Shown in pieces: positions 44,184 through 59,800 of a DNA stretch of 64,000 nucleotides. The notes beneath the pieces are model-generated. The model worked only from the letters and a program-made list of their open reading frames with translations. It was not told the DNA's origin and made no database searches. Position numbers and translations under genes: made by a program. Numbering within the stretch: position 1 is the stretch's first letter; each line of letters opens with the position of its first letter. The DNA comes from Azolla caroliniana (lineage: Eukaryota; Plantae; Polypodiophyta), in assembly GCA_043228905.1 (NCBI GenBank), contig JBHGNT010000021.1:7564001-7628000 (forward strand), given 5' to 3'.

Positions 44184-47100
44184 CTACGAAACAGTGCGTC
44201 CATAACTCACTGATGCTAAGTAAAGATTCTTAGACCACTTCTCCTGCACAATCAACCAATTTAAATCATATTAGTAAAATAAATAATGATAAAACAGAAA
44301 AACATCAAAACATCTCTAATTTCTTGGATATCTTCTGGAATGCCCCTTGTTACAACATAATAAATAGGTGCTAGAATATCTTCACATTTGTACAGCTTAA
44401 GTGAGGTAAATTTTTAACAGCGGCCAATCTGGTAAATATCCAGAAAGATTAGGGGTATTCCTAAAACAGTAATATACGGGTTAAAAACAAAAATAGTATG
44501 CACGTGCATTATACAGAAACACATATATGCATTAAAAAGAAAACACAATATGTCCATTTAACCCAACTAGTAAGCAACTTAATCCCAAACCTTGACATGT
44601 GTGCTTGGGAAAGCAGAGGTACGAAGAGTTTCTTGAGTCTCATCAGATGGTTTTTTCTTAGGTACGCTTAGAATGAAAGCTGCTTGCTCCCATGTAGCAG
44701 CAGTTGCTGTGATGCGATAACCATTATCCCATCGATGGTGGATACCTTCACTTGGGTATAGAAAATCTAACTCGACAACCTGGGTTGCAACGGAATATAG
44801 ATAGAAACTCAACACCATATACTTCTAGATATGAAACAGATGGAGATATTAGTGCATATAATAGAAACACATGAAAAAATAAAAACACTCACTTGTTCAC
44901 TAAATCCTGCGTTTCTTGACATAACAACACCCCAGCGGCTTGCAGCAGCAGCCATAGATGTTACATAGAACCCCTCCTTCCACTTCTTGTTAATCCATTT
45001 GAAAGGAAACGAGTCACTAACTTTATATGATTGTTGTGTGTACTGTGTTCCTGTATAAAGAAAAAAGTAAGAAAAAAGTCAGGCTCTATGTTGCAGCAAT
45101 AAATATGTTTCTCAAAAATACAGTTTTGTTTGAGAAATAAAACAATTCACGAAAGGCATCGTATTCTGACCTTTTGACATAATGACCAATGAATTCCCAT
45201 TGTTGGCTCCAGCAATTGCACTTATATAGAAGTTTTTCTCCCACTGTTCCATTATCCATTCCTGTAAGTACAGACAGCACCAATCAGTAACAAAACAAGT
45301 TCCTGGATGACAATACAATTAGACTTGCATGGAATATCAAGAAAGTTTATATTAATAGATAAAGACTAGCTAGAAAAAGAACCTTGTGCAAGAAATATTG
45401 GGAAAGTTCATAGACTTGTGCAGAAAAGCCAGTCCCAGCATCCATGATGAGTGCCCATAAGTTATTACATGATGCTATACTGCTGATGTACAAACCATCT
45501 TCATTTCCTTTTTCAATGTGTTGGTCAAGCCGATTATCAGCAACATTATAATGATATCTGTTCCATGTACCAAATCAATCCATAATGATCAGAAGTACTT
45601 TACTAGATGCACAACATCCATCAATATTTACCTTTATTTTATGCATAGTTTCACTGGCATAGTTTACCTTTGTTTCATGGGCTGGCGTGCATTATACACA
45701 CTAATCCACTGAGTGGCTGGCATCCCTAACCGGACCTTCTTTCTAGGTTGATCATCTTCATCTTCCGGAATCAATCTAGTTCGTTTCTGACCAACCTAAT
45801 GCAAAAAAAGACAATGAAATTTTATATCAACAAAGTAATGTAAAGACAAGGAAAGACAACATTTATCAGTAAACAAGTCAAAAACGACAGTAGTAAAAGT
45901 TCAAGTTTAAACCTTTTGGGCCCCGTCTGTATTGACTGGCCTCAAAGTTGGATTAAGACCAATTATGCCATCAAAAAGTGAAACAAGTTTCGCATAATCA
46001 GGTTCCTCGTCAAATTTCATGTTAACAACTGTCTCAAGAAAGATTTTGAAAGGAGGTGGACAAAAACAACACAACATCTCTGGTGAAGTTGACATTTTTT
46101 TCTTACAAACCAGAAAGCTTCTATTATCACCCTGTAAAGGACCAAAAAATATGCAATTATTTTATTGTGTGGTCACACTTAATATAGCAATATCTACTGG
46201 CTTCAATTACAACGAAAACAATTTTGTTTCAGAAACATATTAGTGATTGGTCCTTAGAAGAGAAGATTGCAAAAGCATGCATAAGTTTCAGTAGAAGCTA
46301 CTTTATCATTGAATTACACAAGGTGTTAATAATGTCAACGTTCAGTGGATCTCTTTCAAGTGACTTTTCCAGTTGAGTTGTAAATCATCATTGCTATAAT
46401 TGAGTTATAAACCATCAAATAGATCAAGGACATTTATAATTTCAATTCTAGTTCCTTAATCTTTCAAGAATGGAATTTCTGTAGATTTATGATTATGCAT
46501 AAAATTTGGAAGATTAGGATTAGCGTCAAAAGGAGTAATTTTTAAAACCATAGTTCTTACTCTTTTAATTTTAGAGAAATATCGGTTTATTCCTTTAGAT
46601 CCCTTAATTTTTATGATGCCACCTTGCTGACTATGAGCATAGATAATAACATTAAAGCGATTGTTAGCTTGATGAACCTGGTATCCTTGCCAAGGTAAGC
46701 GTCCCCTCAGCAGAAATATAAGCATATATGCCAGGGACTCGAGATCATCCCTTCGACTCCCAGTCCGACCTAAATGGGCATGCACACTTGCATATCGAAC
46801 AGTCCCTCTGAGTTGAATATGTTGGCAAAGTGATCAGTAAAAACCGTTTAAACAAGTTACATAATGCAGTAAAGTTGAAAAATATAAGACCTGAAAACAT
46901 CTGGCTTCTGATCATAGTCAAGATGTTGCCCTGTAGAAACATCTCTCCACTTCGTAGCTGTATAAAAATAAATACCAAAATTGAGCAAACTTCCCAAATC
47001 ATATGACAGAACTGAAACACTAGATTATATTCTTTGACACTAACCTAGCCCGAGGTCTATAAGGAAAAGTTTTTTCTCTTCAACTGATCCTGGAAGTCCA

Positions 47101-49170
47101 AGCAAGAAATTCTCGGGTTTGACATCACCGTGTACATATCTAGAAACATAGACCCATTCATGCATATCATTAAGAAGTAAGGCTAGGTAAATATCGCGTA
47201 TGAAAATTAAGAGCACATGCGATCCTATATGCTTGAATACTGTGTAAATCAAGAAACCCCTGATTACATCCAATAAATGAACTTACCCTCTATTGTGCAC
47301 CTTTTCCAAGATCGATAATGCTTCAACAGCAATGCAAGCAACCATCTCAGTGGACATCCTGTAAATTTCAGCACCTATTAATACACTCTCTTTCCCAAAC
47401 CCTTAAACTACAATACAAAGTTCATGTGCTACTGGACTTACGTTTGGCCCGTAGAATTCCATAGGTCCCATAAACTTGGTCCAAGCATGTCCATTACCTA
47501 GCAAAACAATATACAAAATCGTCATCATGACCAGCAATCTAACGCATAGATCTAACTCTATAACTGGAGAGCAATTACCATCACATAGTAATCGCCTTGC
47601 CGACCTTTATAATGAACTCGAGGAACACCATGACTGCCACCTAAAGTGCTGCATACGACCACAGTGACATTACATAAACATCCTGCCTCCCTCTTATTAA
47701 CATATGGCATTCATTAACAATAAACTTACGTGTACACTTGCCACTCATATGGTGGACCAAAGCTGCAACCTTTACTATTTCGATGCTCAAATTTCAATGC
47801 AACCTGCCCATGATGAACCAAAAATGCCCAGTTTAAAAACAAAAGCAGCGCTTTTACAGCCAAACTGTATAATGTGAACAGATATCTTGCAGTTCATACT
47901 CAATAACAACTACTAAATTTTCATAAAGATTTACAATATCCATTACCTCAATAGCATGAGGCCCTGTTCTCTCAGTTCCACCATTGATTCTTCGCCCTAT
48001 GTATACTTGCCCAAAACCTCCCTTTCCAAGCTTCCTTTCCAATTTATAAACAGGGGAAGTTCCTACTTGCACCTGTTGGATCCATTACACCAACATGGGC
48101 AATAAAACATGACTAAAAAACTTGAAGTTTTCAAGAGATAACGTACAATGATCCCCTCAAGTAACCAACAGTACCATACAAAAAATTGACTCAACGGAAA
48201 CAACAGAACAATAACTGAAAGACATCAACCAAAAATTGATAGTAAAAAAGTTCCAACATTCTTCATGTAAAGAGAGACGCAGCAACCACTAGACCTCCAA
48301 CAAACTCAGCAACAAAAACATGCCCAATCAAAAGTTAGACTTCTTCATGGAAACAAGAAATAACAAATACTAACCCTCATTTCATTGGAATATCGAGAGA
48401 TACAAACACTATGGAACAAGGGATGACAAAGACTACAAAAACAAGACATGATACAGTATGGAAACAGTGTAGTACAAACATTGTGGAGACCAGGGATAAC
48501 AAAACACTATGACGTCACTACACTCAGGAAACAGAACACTATAGAAACATAAGATGATAGTAACAATGGAATTAAGAGACAGCAAACAAGAGAAAACAAA
48601 GGCACTAACTCGTTCAGGAAGAGGAGCCGTGGATTGGTCATCGTCAGCTCCAGGAACTTTTTCTGCACTCTCCGCATCCATCTTCTTCACTTGTTCTTGA
48701 TGGTTTTCCACAGGTATAATTTTAGCAGGCTCCTGTGTATTGATTTTCGCAAGAGCAAGAGCTTTGACTAATTGAGGCTCCTCCGGCACAGGCCGAGCTT
48801 TGGATACTCTTAGATTCCTCTTCTTTTTCTCCTTCTCCTTCTCCTTCTCCTTCTGTTGCTTCTTTTTTCCTTTAGTACTAGTAATTCTCAGAGCCGACGC
48901 TTTGCTCTCTTTCAGATCAGTGTGAACAGGGGTAGATGATCGTTCCTTGTGCAATGCTGATGTCACCTTTGCTGCAGCTCTTGTACTAATAGGTGATGAC
49001 GGTAAGGCTTTCTTTGCGGCGGCACGAGTTCGAGTCTCTGGTCGATCAGTAGTGGGAGCACAAGGTTTTCTGTTTGATTTCTGAGGTGATCTTTTCTCTA
49101 TATTTCGCTCATCTGTTAAATTTAGAGCTTCTTGTGGAGAATGGCACGCCCCACTGCGCAGTTCTGGCAT
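44184..49170 (-). CDS. HD16: Plant-specific casein kinase 1-like protein (MUT9-like kinase / PPK / EL1-HD16 family), about 16 coding exons
   Basis: Starts MPELRSG. Contains [53 protein letters not shown] and the C-terminal repeats [13 protein letters not shown] and [13 protein letters not shown]. Ends [23 protein letters not shown] introns. The symbol is family-level only. Confidence 0.93.
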
Positions 49171-52100
49171 CCTGCACCCATGCACGCCCACCTCGGGACA
49201 GAAAACCCTAACCCTAAAACTGGTACCGCGTCGAATTTCCTAGCTTTGACAACCCTGAAATAGACCTGGCCCTAAAAAACGAGACTACACCATAACCCTG
49301 AAACTGGCAATAAACCCTAACCCTATTCCTCAAGCGACCCTAACCCTGCAAATTTGTGGATAAAATCAAAGGAAATAGGAGGATTTACCTGCGAATCTGG
49401 GCAGCACCAGGGATGGAGAGAAAAGAAGGATCGTTAGAAACTAGGGTTAACGGATGTGGGACGACATCGATGCGACTGTTTCTGCCTTCATCTTTCTCTT
49501 TTCTCTTCTCTCTCTCTCTCTCTGTTTCTCTTGTCTCTGTTTCTCTCCATCTATCTGTCTTCTTCTAATCCTCTTCTTTCTACCTTAATTTTCCTTCAGC
49601 ACAACTAATCCCCTGCCTTAATCCCCTTTTTGCCTTCTTAATCACTTATCACCCCTTAACTACTCCTTAATCACCTCTCATTCTTTTATCAGAGGATGGC
49701 ATTCCCTTGATGAGACACTACACGCGCGACTTGTCATGCCCACCTAGTGGCCGCCACTCTTTCTGTCAAATCATCAAATGAAATCTCTACCCTTGCATGC
49801 ACCTTGGCGTCCATTTGTATTCCTATGGTACCTACTTAACCCTCTCAAGGAACATATCATCAGACTGTCGTTTGTGTTAATACGCTTCAATGCAAATTTG
49901 TTACTAGATGGCATCAATATAAGTGCCCCCACAAATGTTTGGAGTCAATAACGATTATGAACCAATTTGTCGGGGATACATTTATCCAAAATACAATTGG
50001 CATGTGAGCCTAAGTTAATGAGCCACAATAGTATACCATGAGTTTGCCATAGGAAAGATGTCCTATTAGCTAACGTGACATGTGTCTATGTAGCCCGCAC
50101 TTCCTTTTCGAGAGCCTATTAATGAATATAGTAAACACTTTGACCCTCTTTTACCATCAATTGCAATTTGTATCATAAGATAGTTAGTTTTGTATTCCAA
50201 AAAAAGAATTAGGTGGGCCAACAATGAATGTTGATCATTTGGAAGATGTGCTACTTGCATGGGGATGCCAAATTCAATGATACTCTAGCATGCAAGATAG
50301 AATATCAACCACTATGAGTTAAATTACCTTAGTTGGGCAATGTAAGTTGTGTTCAAAGACTTCATACATTACCAATTACTTCCATGAAAGAATATTTATC
50401 TCATATATTAGTATTACCAAGTGCTTCCATATACCCACCTAAATCAATCCTAGGATTAAGAGTTTATGCTTTTCCATCCTACAATCATCTCCAATATGTT
50501 TTTTGAATTTTCAATCCAAGTTTAAGTAAGGGACACTTTTCTAGTGGTGCAAAATACTTTCACCTTTTAAGGATTTTCAACCTCACTTGTGTGATTTGTT
50601 CCATTCCAAGAGGCCCCAAACTCAAAAAATATTAGCTTTATTCATATAGACCCAACTAAGCATATTGCACAAACATTGCCTTCCAACAATATTATATTAA
50701 GACTGAAATTAGACATCCCCACAAATTATTGCCCATCTACTTACAACCTGACCTTATTCATAGTTTTAAATTCACCTAGGCAGTGTAAAGCTTGTGCTTT
50801 GCAACATTGAAGTGTTCACATCTCAAGCAACGGGTTTGATACTACCTAATTCACTTTTCCTATACTTCCTAGTTCTATTTTTCTTTTACACATTTCTTCT
50901 CAATGCCATGTCACATTTGTCATCTCTATCACCTTCCACTTCTATAGTTTCTTCCATTTCCTCATACATATTTACATTCTAATGCCATATTGCAGTACAT
51001 TGTCCCTACCACCTTACACTGTTTCTATACTTTCTTCTATTCTCCTCTTACAGATTTATTTTCTATGACATTTTGCAATACATTGTCTGTCATGGCACCT
51101 TTCAATTAAAATTTGTTATCAACTCTATACAATGCTGTAAGATTTGCTGCTTCACTCTAACCCATAGAGTGAGTGTCACTCATAGAGTTAAATACAAGGC
51201 AATAGATAAAAGATCAATATTCAAGAGCATCTTTTGATGTGGAGATATTACCATATAGATTGCAATGAATGTCAACAAGGAGAGTGAAGACATGCAATAA
51301 CCACAAATGAGCAAACAAGAAAACACAATGATTCACAATACATGTAAACATTGGGCACACAACATCCAACCAAACTAGAATAAATGAATGCAAACAACTT
51401 CGCTAGACCCAAAGTTGCATGGAGATCAAACGACATTAAACATCATCATTCCAACCATGGTCACTTTCCGCAAGGCTAACTGAATACTAATCTAAAAGAA
51501 CATCTAAGTGGAGACATGAGAAAAGATAACCTTTCCCACAAATATTAAGCTTTACTAGAATTACTTCTTGATCTCCAAGAAATGTACAAGGGCATTATTG
51601 GTAAGAAACCAACTATAGCCAACTATGGAAGACAACTGCAATGATTCGCCATCATCGAAGAAGTTCCCACACTAAAAAAATTGAATCATACAAATACAAT
51701 TAGCTCAACCTTGTTGGGGGTTAAAGGCCACAAGGATTCTCCAAACGCACTTTGACCTTTTCTAGCTATAGCTCTTATCAACAGATTTCTGGTAGATATT
51801 TTAATAATCTGTACACGCGTTAGGATCAGTGGATATTTTAATAATCTTTACAAGCGTTAGCATTGGGGGGTAAAGGCTACAAGGATTCTCCAAGCGCCCT
51901 TTGACCTTTCCTACTTGTAGCTCGTCCACAGATTTCTAGTAGATATTTGGTATCTCAGCTTAAAAAGGTAGTATACAACGAAGATGCTGACTTAATGAGG
52001 CTAAACTAAGAAACATAAAAAAAGGCTAAATCTCAGCTTTACCAACCAGCCATTGGGGATGATAATGTGGAGTCACAACAGGCTGAAAATCATGATGAGA

Positions 52101-52949
52101 CCCATGGTGATGTTGCCAAACAAAAATATGAAGAAAACTAAAATCCTGCTGCCTACATACAGATAATGTAGGTGAGTAATTCACAAACATTGACTTTAGA
52201 AGATTTTGTGAGTTACACGTATAAAGAGGGTGGTAACAACGTATAAAGAGGGTGGTAACAACACAATATAACCCATCTTCTAATGGCTTACCTGAAAGAT
52301 ATAATCGGACATTATGTGAGAAGGTGAGATGCATGCTGTCCAGTTAAACCTCCCTCATCACTTCTGTGTAGAGGCTATTAAAACTGTAGTACATATATAA
52401 AATGGATACCCTCACAGCATTGTAAGGTGGCATCACCGAGGAGGTTTGGTCTGGAAAATCAGGTCATATGCCTGTCTGCACATTTTTTATTGTGATGCAT
52501 TTGTGCACATTCGACATGAGCTTCAGAATAAACAGAATCCAATGTCCATTAAGAGCATTGTTTAAAATGATTGTTCACAGCTCAGATGTTGAATATTGCT
52601 GTGCCTCTAAGAAACATATCAAAAAGTTTAAACTACATCATAACCAACCGGCCGTTGGTGATGATAATGTGCCTCAGGTGGAACCACAAAGAGCTGAAAA
52701 TCATGATGAGCCTGTAGTAATGTTGCCAAAAAATGATCAGAAGCCATTACATGCACGTGAAGACCATCAGCAGCCAACAAAAAATGCTGCAAAATAGGGT
52801 TGTCAATGATGGATAGCAGACTAATGTTGAAGATTTTGGGATCCTTGATGTACATCCCATGCCTGATACGTAAATCATTGAGAGAGGTCTACAAGATTAA
52901 GGAGAACTTTACAAAGATATGACCCTTCCTTGCAGTACATTAAGTTGAC

Positions 52950-54335
52950 TCGTGACAGTGAACTCTTATGCAAGCAAAAGAGTGTGGGAGCTTGCAATGC
53001 AAGATGCAAATGATGGCCCTGTTTGAGTTGCCAGAGTGCAAGAATTACACTCCTAATAGGTGGGCGTAAAAAATCAAGACTATGGATGGAAAACCCATGT
53101 ACAAAGCAAGGTCAATCGCAAAAGGCTATGTACAAGCAAATGGCATTGACTTTCAGCAGGCATTCTCACATGTGGTCAACACAACCACCTTGTGGACTTT
53201 GCATGCAGCTCATCACTTGGAGGCGTATGGATGTAAAAACTACTTTCTTGCATAGTAGCATTGAAGAAGATTTATGTATGGAACTAGATGGGCTTGTGAT
53301 TCCTGGTGAGGAAAATTTAGAGTGCAAACTCACGAGTCTGTATTGGCTGAATCAAGCTCCCAGACATGGTACAAAATATTTGATGCTTTTATATCATCAT
53401 ATTTGAGTAAAAAGGAGCCATGCAGATCAATTGACTTCACATAGAAAGGGAAGTAGATGGCCAGCCCCATTGGTTCAGAACTACATGTAGATGAGACGCT
53501 TACTCTAGTAAAAAGGAAAGAACTCTTAATGCACTTAAAGACCAGTTAAAATCAGCATTTTCCATGAAAGCTTTAGGAAAACTAAATAATTTGGGTATGA
53601 GGACAAAGAAGCATGGGATAGGCAACGATGGCTGCTTTTATGTACCCCAAGCAAAGTACATTGAAAGGTTCAATACAAATGATATAAAAGCAAGTGTACC
53701 TTTGCAACAACTTGTCGAGTTGCGCAAAAAAGACTGGCTAAAAGAGGATGTAGCAACCAATTCAATGAAGGCTGTACTGTAGCCTTCAGCTCGTGGTTCT
53801 TTGATATATGCTATGGTTGCTAAGAGACTAGATATTGCACATGTCATGGGAGTTGTTGGCAGATTCATGGCTAATCTGGGCAAGGCACATTGGGAAGCCA
53901 TCAAGTCAATTATGAGATATTTGAAGCGGACAAAGTAAATGACTATAGTCCATTGAAATACATGGATTATGTGACTCTAATATTGCAGGTGATGTGATAT
54001 GTATTTAAACTTGCCGGTCGTGCAATTTCATGGTGTTCCAGATTGCAGAGGAATGTTGCATTATCTACTACTGAGGCTTAATATGTTTCATCAACCGAGG
54101 CTTCCAAATAAGCCATATGGTAGTCATAGCCAGAGTGCCATATCTTTCACTAAGAATGCCATGTTCCGTGTACGCACAAAACACATTGATGTGCAATATG
54201 ACTTCCTTGTGGAGATACTTGAGAATGGCCTGTTTGTTGATCAAAGTCAGTACATCACAGAGTCCTGCATATGGTCTTGCTAAGTGCTTCCCAAAGGCAC
54301 ATCAATATTGTATAGAGATGATGGAAGATAAGTAA
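52950..54335 (+). pseudogene. Highly decayed copia RT/RNase H remnant
   Basis: Fragments YKARSIAKGY, MDVKTTFLHSSIEE, QAPR, GSLIYAMVA, HWEAIK and RTKHIDVQY occur in shifting frames. LTR-like TGTTGG starts near 51712 and 54370. Confidence 0.8.
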
Positions 54336-55098
54336 CTTCATGGAGCCTTCATGCCCTTTTAGTCAGAAGTTGTTGGCGGATAAAAACCCAAGGACTTTTA
54401 TCATGTACATTTTGACCTTTCCCCCTAGAAGTTCTTTATCTGAAGCTTTCTAGAGATATTTTACTTACCTATACAAGCATTATACTTGGTCATTGGCCAT
54501 TTTTAACCTGTTCACACTGCCCAAGTGACCCAAGTGCCCTCTTCAATTTACGAATTCCCCATAACCGTAGATTTGGGGTTTGAAATTGTATAATCTCTCT
54601 CAGCTTGCATCATCATCTGTCTCTCTCACTCACTTACACCTAGTTTATCTCCCACTATCACAAATACTTCCCTTGCTTTGGAGACCCCTCCATTCTGGGT
54701 CAACTATGCTAGAGATCTTTCGTAGACGAAGTTAGAATATATCTGACTTGAGAATCTTGCATGTGTAGATGGCAAGATTCTTTGGTCCTGTCTTATTCTA
54801 TTTCTATTTACTTTTTTACTTGGTTACGTTTATTTTGGTTGTTGTTCTCAAATCTCTACAGGATATTTTGCCTCGTGAAAGACATTAATAAATCTCTCTC
54901 TCTATGAGACAACATTTGATATAATCTCTACAGGATATTTTGCCTCGTGAAACTCTCTCTCTTTTTCTCTCGTAATTAGCTTACCCTATTGGTAAGTTGT
55001 TACACTACAAGCCACTATGTCTTGGGTTCGAAACCCAATTTTACTCACCTCTCTATTATATACTTCATACATATCTCTTAATTCACTAGATACCACTG

Positions 55099-55167
55099 TG
55101 GAATGTAGGGGTTGAACCCATGACCTCCTGGTCTCCATTGGGCAACCTTACCAACTGAGCTACATCC
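55099..55167 (-). mobile_element. tRNA-derived (SINE-like) head with Pol III A and B boxes
   Basis: Minus strand GGATGTAGCTCAGTTGGTAAGG...GGGTTCAACCCC. No convincing anticodon stem. Confidence 0.5.
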
Positions 55168-56804
55168 ATCTAGGCTCTCTCTCTCAAACATAGTCTAGGC
55201 TCGCTACCTTTCATACCTCCAAATCATATGGCTGCTACCTTTCACAAACATAGACATGTTGCTACAACTAGGCAACAAAAGTTTTGGGTACCTCTCCCAA
55301 TGTTACATCATCATGTAGTGATGAGGAACTCCGAGTTTCCTTTCATGTATTATTATTTATTAATCTAACCAATAACAATGTGAAGAATTCGTGCTTCTCT
55401 CTCTCAAAGGAATCTGGCTCCAATGTCAAGATATGCACACAGTTACTAAGAGAAGAGTGCTTGAATAATGAATTTGTGGAAAGAGCTCTCAAATACTAGG
55501 ACTTGTCAAACCTTGGTATCAAAGGATGTTGACATCATAACTCCCAAACAAACCATAACTACTAAGATATTCAACCTGAAATAGTGGACAAGTGGAAAAC
55601 AAAGCACAGATTATACCCTTCATCCATGATTTTAGATAGACAAAAAAGACGAATAGGTCAACATGATGGCAACAAATGAAGCACTTTATTTATGGCTTTC
55701 TCTCCAAGTGGCAACAGTGTTGAAAGCATGCTGGCATGCAAATGAAGAAGCATCAAGGATCTGCAAAGAACAAAAACCATTATACTTTAGATACAACGAT
55801 CCATCGACATGGATGTGGTCCATGTGGACATTCATGAGCTCTCTAACAAGACTGCCAAGTTGTCCTGGCAAAATGTATACATTCCTAGTAGACAATATCC
55901 CATATTTTTTAATGTCTATAATCAAATCTACTTTTCAGAACAATAATAGGCACATCTAAATAGAAACTATATTAGGTAAAAAGCATCGTTTAAGGCCTTA
56001 CTAAGTTTACAAGACATTTTGTAACAAGTAATTCTGAAGTTAAAAAAGTTTAGTTTGAGGCATTACCAAGTCAAAAAGCCATTTTGAAAAGCAATCAGAT
56101 CTGCTTCTACCAAGTAGTGATGGAGCTACTAGCAGCTCTATGTACTTACAGTATTATTAGCAATCCCCCTTGATTGTCTTTCAAAGTAACACTCAGAAAC
56201 CAACTATTCAAAGCAACTATTGGAGAGCTAAATATGCCATTATTTGTCCTCTAAAGACAAGCCTTAGTTAGCGTTGCGTCTTATAGCAAAGAATTAGCAC
56301 CACTAACATGAAGCCACCTTAGATCTTCAATGAGATACAAAGTCCAAATAGCAAAAAGAAATTTGCCGCACTTGGGTGAAGCAAAGGATACTTATGGACC
56401 ACACCAATATGTAAAACTTTTGTAAAGATTAAGCATAATCGTCCAATGTATGGGACATATTTTGCCCTTCTTAGGAAATGACACTTTTTCTGACCAAGCA
56501 TATCGATATAATTTTGAGATAAATCAAGTATATACAGTTCCCAACTGCTTTTCCCATATCCAACCGGAGAAACACTTCTCATCCTTGTGAATATTTTTAT
56601 TTTCTAATCTAGAATTTACTTTAATCTTACCAAGGTTTTGCCAGTATGAGGTATGCTTTTCACTCATCAGAAGGGAAAATAATATACACGCTCAAGGTTG
56701 CTAACAAAATCATCATGTGGATACATGTTTCTTCGCAGGGCCTTCTTTGTTCCAAATTTATCTCTCACCTTTTTGTTGCTTGCTAGGAACAAGGTTGTTC
56801 TCTT

Positions 56805-59800
56805 TCATGCCTTTTTTGCTTTTGACAAAGCAGCCTCTCTCTCAGCAGCTTGCTTCGCCAATCTTTCTTGCCTCTCCTTCTTCTTATCAGCCTTCTGAGC
56901 TTTGGCTTCCTTCTGTTGCCACATATACAAGAAGACATGAGAAAGTTTAACCAGCAACAAAACAAAGAGCAGACAAAGTAGATTCTTCGAGTACTTTCAT
57001 AAAGAATAGAGAGACCTTAGCATTAGCTTTCACATCTGGCTGCACAATGACTGGAGATTGTTTATCAGCAGGTGCTGCTGATGCTTTTTTCACATTAGAC
57101 TTTTTCTTCTCATTTTCCTGTGCTTTAATATAAGGCTTGATCTTCTCTTGCACCACTTTTTCCATTGTCTTTTGTCTCCATTCTTTAGTCCATGCAGCAG
57201 TTAGTATCTGCTCAATAAGGTCATCACGCATCTTCACAAGTGACCTAATTTCCTCACTTGGAAGATCTTTTGCCGCCTCTATATCACCCCCATACAACTT
57301 CTCTAACACATATTTGTTTGTTTCCTACATTGATTGAGATCAAAGTTTGTTATCATCAAAAGTACAATTCCAGAATATCTTCTAGTAGCCTTACAGTGTA
57401 ATGTATTGATCTTATATATATGCCTTAAAAGGATCAAAGTTGATTAATATAGAACAAATGCAAAAGCTTACAGTCCATTCGACTGGCCTAGGTGGTACTT
57501 CTAGCGATTCCACCTCAGCCTCAACTGCTTGAAATGATTTATAATAGGGTATATCTTGAATAACAGTTGGATCTCTCTTAGCTCTTTCTGCATCAATAAA
57601 ATATAATGCCTGCGTTGCATTCCAAATAACATAGCAAAAAGGTTTAAGATAAACAAAATAACAATGTGCCAGTAGTAATGTCCTCTACATAAGTTGCAAA
57701 GGTTTAACTATATCCCTTTCCTAATACATTATACCCTTTCAAAAGAGTAACTCACTTGTTGCAATTTCTCCCATCCTGGCTTTCTCATAGCAACTTCCTC
57801 TCGAATCACCTCATAATCTCGGTATCTCTAATCAAAAGACCATTGTGAATGAGACAACTTTCATAGGGACAAGCTATAACTGAATTACGCCCATACATAC
57901 ATAATATTTAGACATCAATCTTGCTTTCACATCATCGTCATATTTTATGCCACTCTCGATTTCATCCCGTTCGTACAGTAAGAATGCTGCTAGAGAAGGA
58001 TCATGCACAGTCTCACGTATTATATCATTCTGCATGAAGAGTCAACATCTTAAAATGGTGAGAACCTTCCAATCACATGACCTGGAGTGTTGGTTGACAG
58101 AAAACCCTGAACAATTTTCTTGTACCTCTAGTGGTGGAGTAATTTTACGACGAACATCCCATGTTTTCCAAGGCACATCCATTAACTGCAAAAAAGAAAC
58201 AAAGTAACACATTTTCCATCTCAAAATTCTTTTTAAAAATGCTGAATGGAAATGAACTTATACATTTTCAAATGAGATTCTCGGAGTAGCAGGGAATCCA
58301 TTGCATTCATGGCATGTTGACTCCCCCTACAAAGTAGTCAAGCCATGTTAGCCTTCATATTAAGGATATGATGATATGCCTTGATGTTAGGCCTATCTTA
58401 ACATAGAGAAAATTGCTTAATACCGTTCCATGGCATTCTGGGCATTTCTTGTAAGGTAGAGGATATCCAGCATTATATCCAGCAGGATAATGAATTATTT
58501 CTTCATTCCCCTCAAGAAGATCAGTCACCAAACTTCCAACTGTGCCTGGTGTAGCACTGTCCAGATAAAGAAGCTCATCAAATAAATCCCCAAAACCTGC
58601 TCTTTCAACTATTACCACGGATTTTTTCCATTTCAATCCTCTATTTTTATAATAAAACAGGGCTTATAATAACTGCATCCATGTATGCACTAATTCTTAA
58701 GTACCGAAATTAAAAAACAGACATGGCCAAATCCTAACACAATCGTTTGTATTGAAGCGGTAACAAATGAGCAAAGTAGGACTAGAAAGCCAAAAATAAT
58801 ATTTTGAAAAGGACATTTACCTACATGCTTACTACATTAATCATGATTAACTATTATTTGATGAAGAAAAATAAGGTATCAGGATAATAACTTTAATTTA
58901 TAATACAAGCAGCAGTTGTAATTGCATATAGCCAGGATATTACATGCCAGGTGACATCAAGCCACTAATGAAAAGCATCAAAATGCAGGATAAAGCAAAG
59001 ACTATACAGAACTTAATCAAACAATACAAGTTCCAAAGAATGTGGCATTGTACAAGGAGAAAATAAGTAACTGTTCAAATTAGGCGCATAAATGGATAAA
59101 GCTCTTCAGAAATAACAAATCACCAAATGATCTAATGATGATAAGAGGAGGAACGAAAATGCTCAATGGAGACCACTCCTCTATGCATAATCTACCAAAA
59201 AGCCATTGTGCAGGTTAAGCTAAAATCTACATGTCCAGCAAGTTTATTACAGACATCAGGCATGAGAGCTTATTGAACATTGTTACCTTGAGTACCTAAA
59301 ATTAACATTACCAGATGGATTGATTAAGTATAGACATTACTCACTTTCATCGTCAAAAGAATCATGAGTAAATTTGTTATGAGAAAAGGCTCCAGCATTA
59401 AAGTTTAGATAAGCTAACATTTAGGCATTTTGTAGAGGATTGATTGCATACATTTTGATATTGTATCCTTCTGGATATAAGAGCATGTGAAGTAGTGATA
59501 ACCATATAAGTAGAAGGAAACATACGTGGAAAATGTAGAGGTGCTGTATTGCACATCTCCTGTGCCTGAACACATTTTGCATCGCAGGGATCCCCATCCA
59601 CAACAGGTCTTGCAATCGCTGAAAATTCTCCAAATATAATAGTTTCAGTCATTAAAAACTTCAGAACCAAAAATACTGACCTCATTACATCAGGGAACAG
59701 AACGTTTTAAGATATAAGACCAACGAATCTTCAGTTCTTCCACAACACATCAAATCATATCAGCAAAAACAAGGAATTTCAGGACATTTTGAATTCCAAC

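Noticed and set aside
55099-55167. Functional tRNA gene
   Set aside because: A and B boxes are present, but I could not form a proper anticodon stem or cloverleaf.
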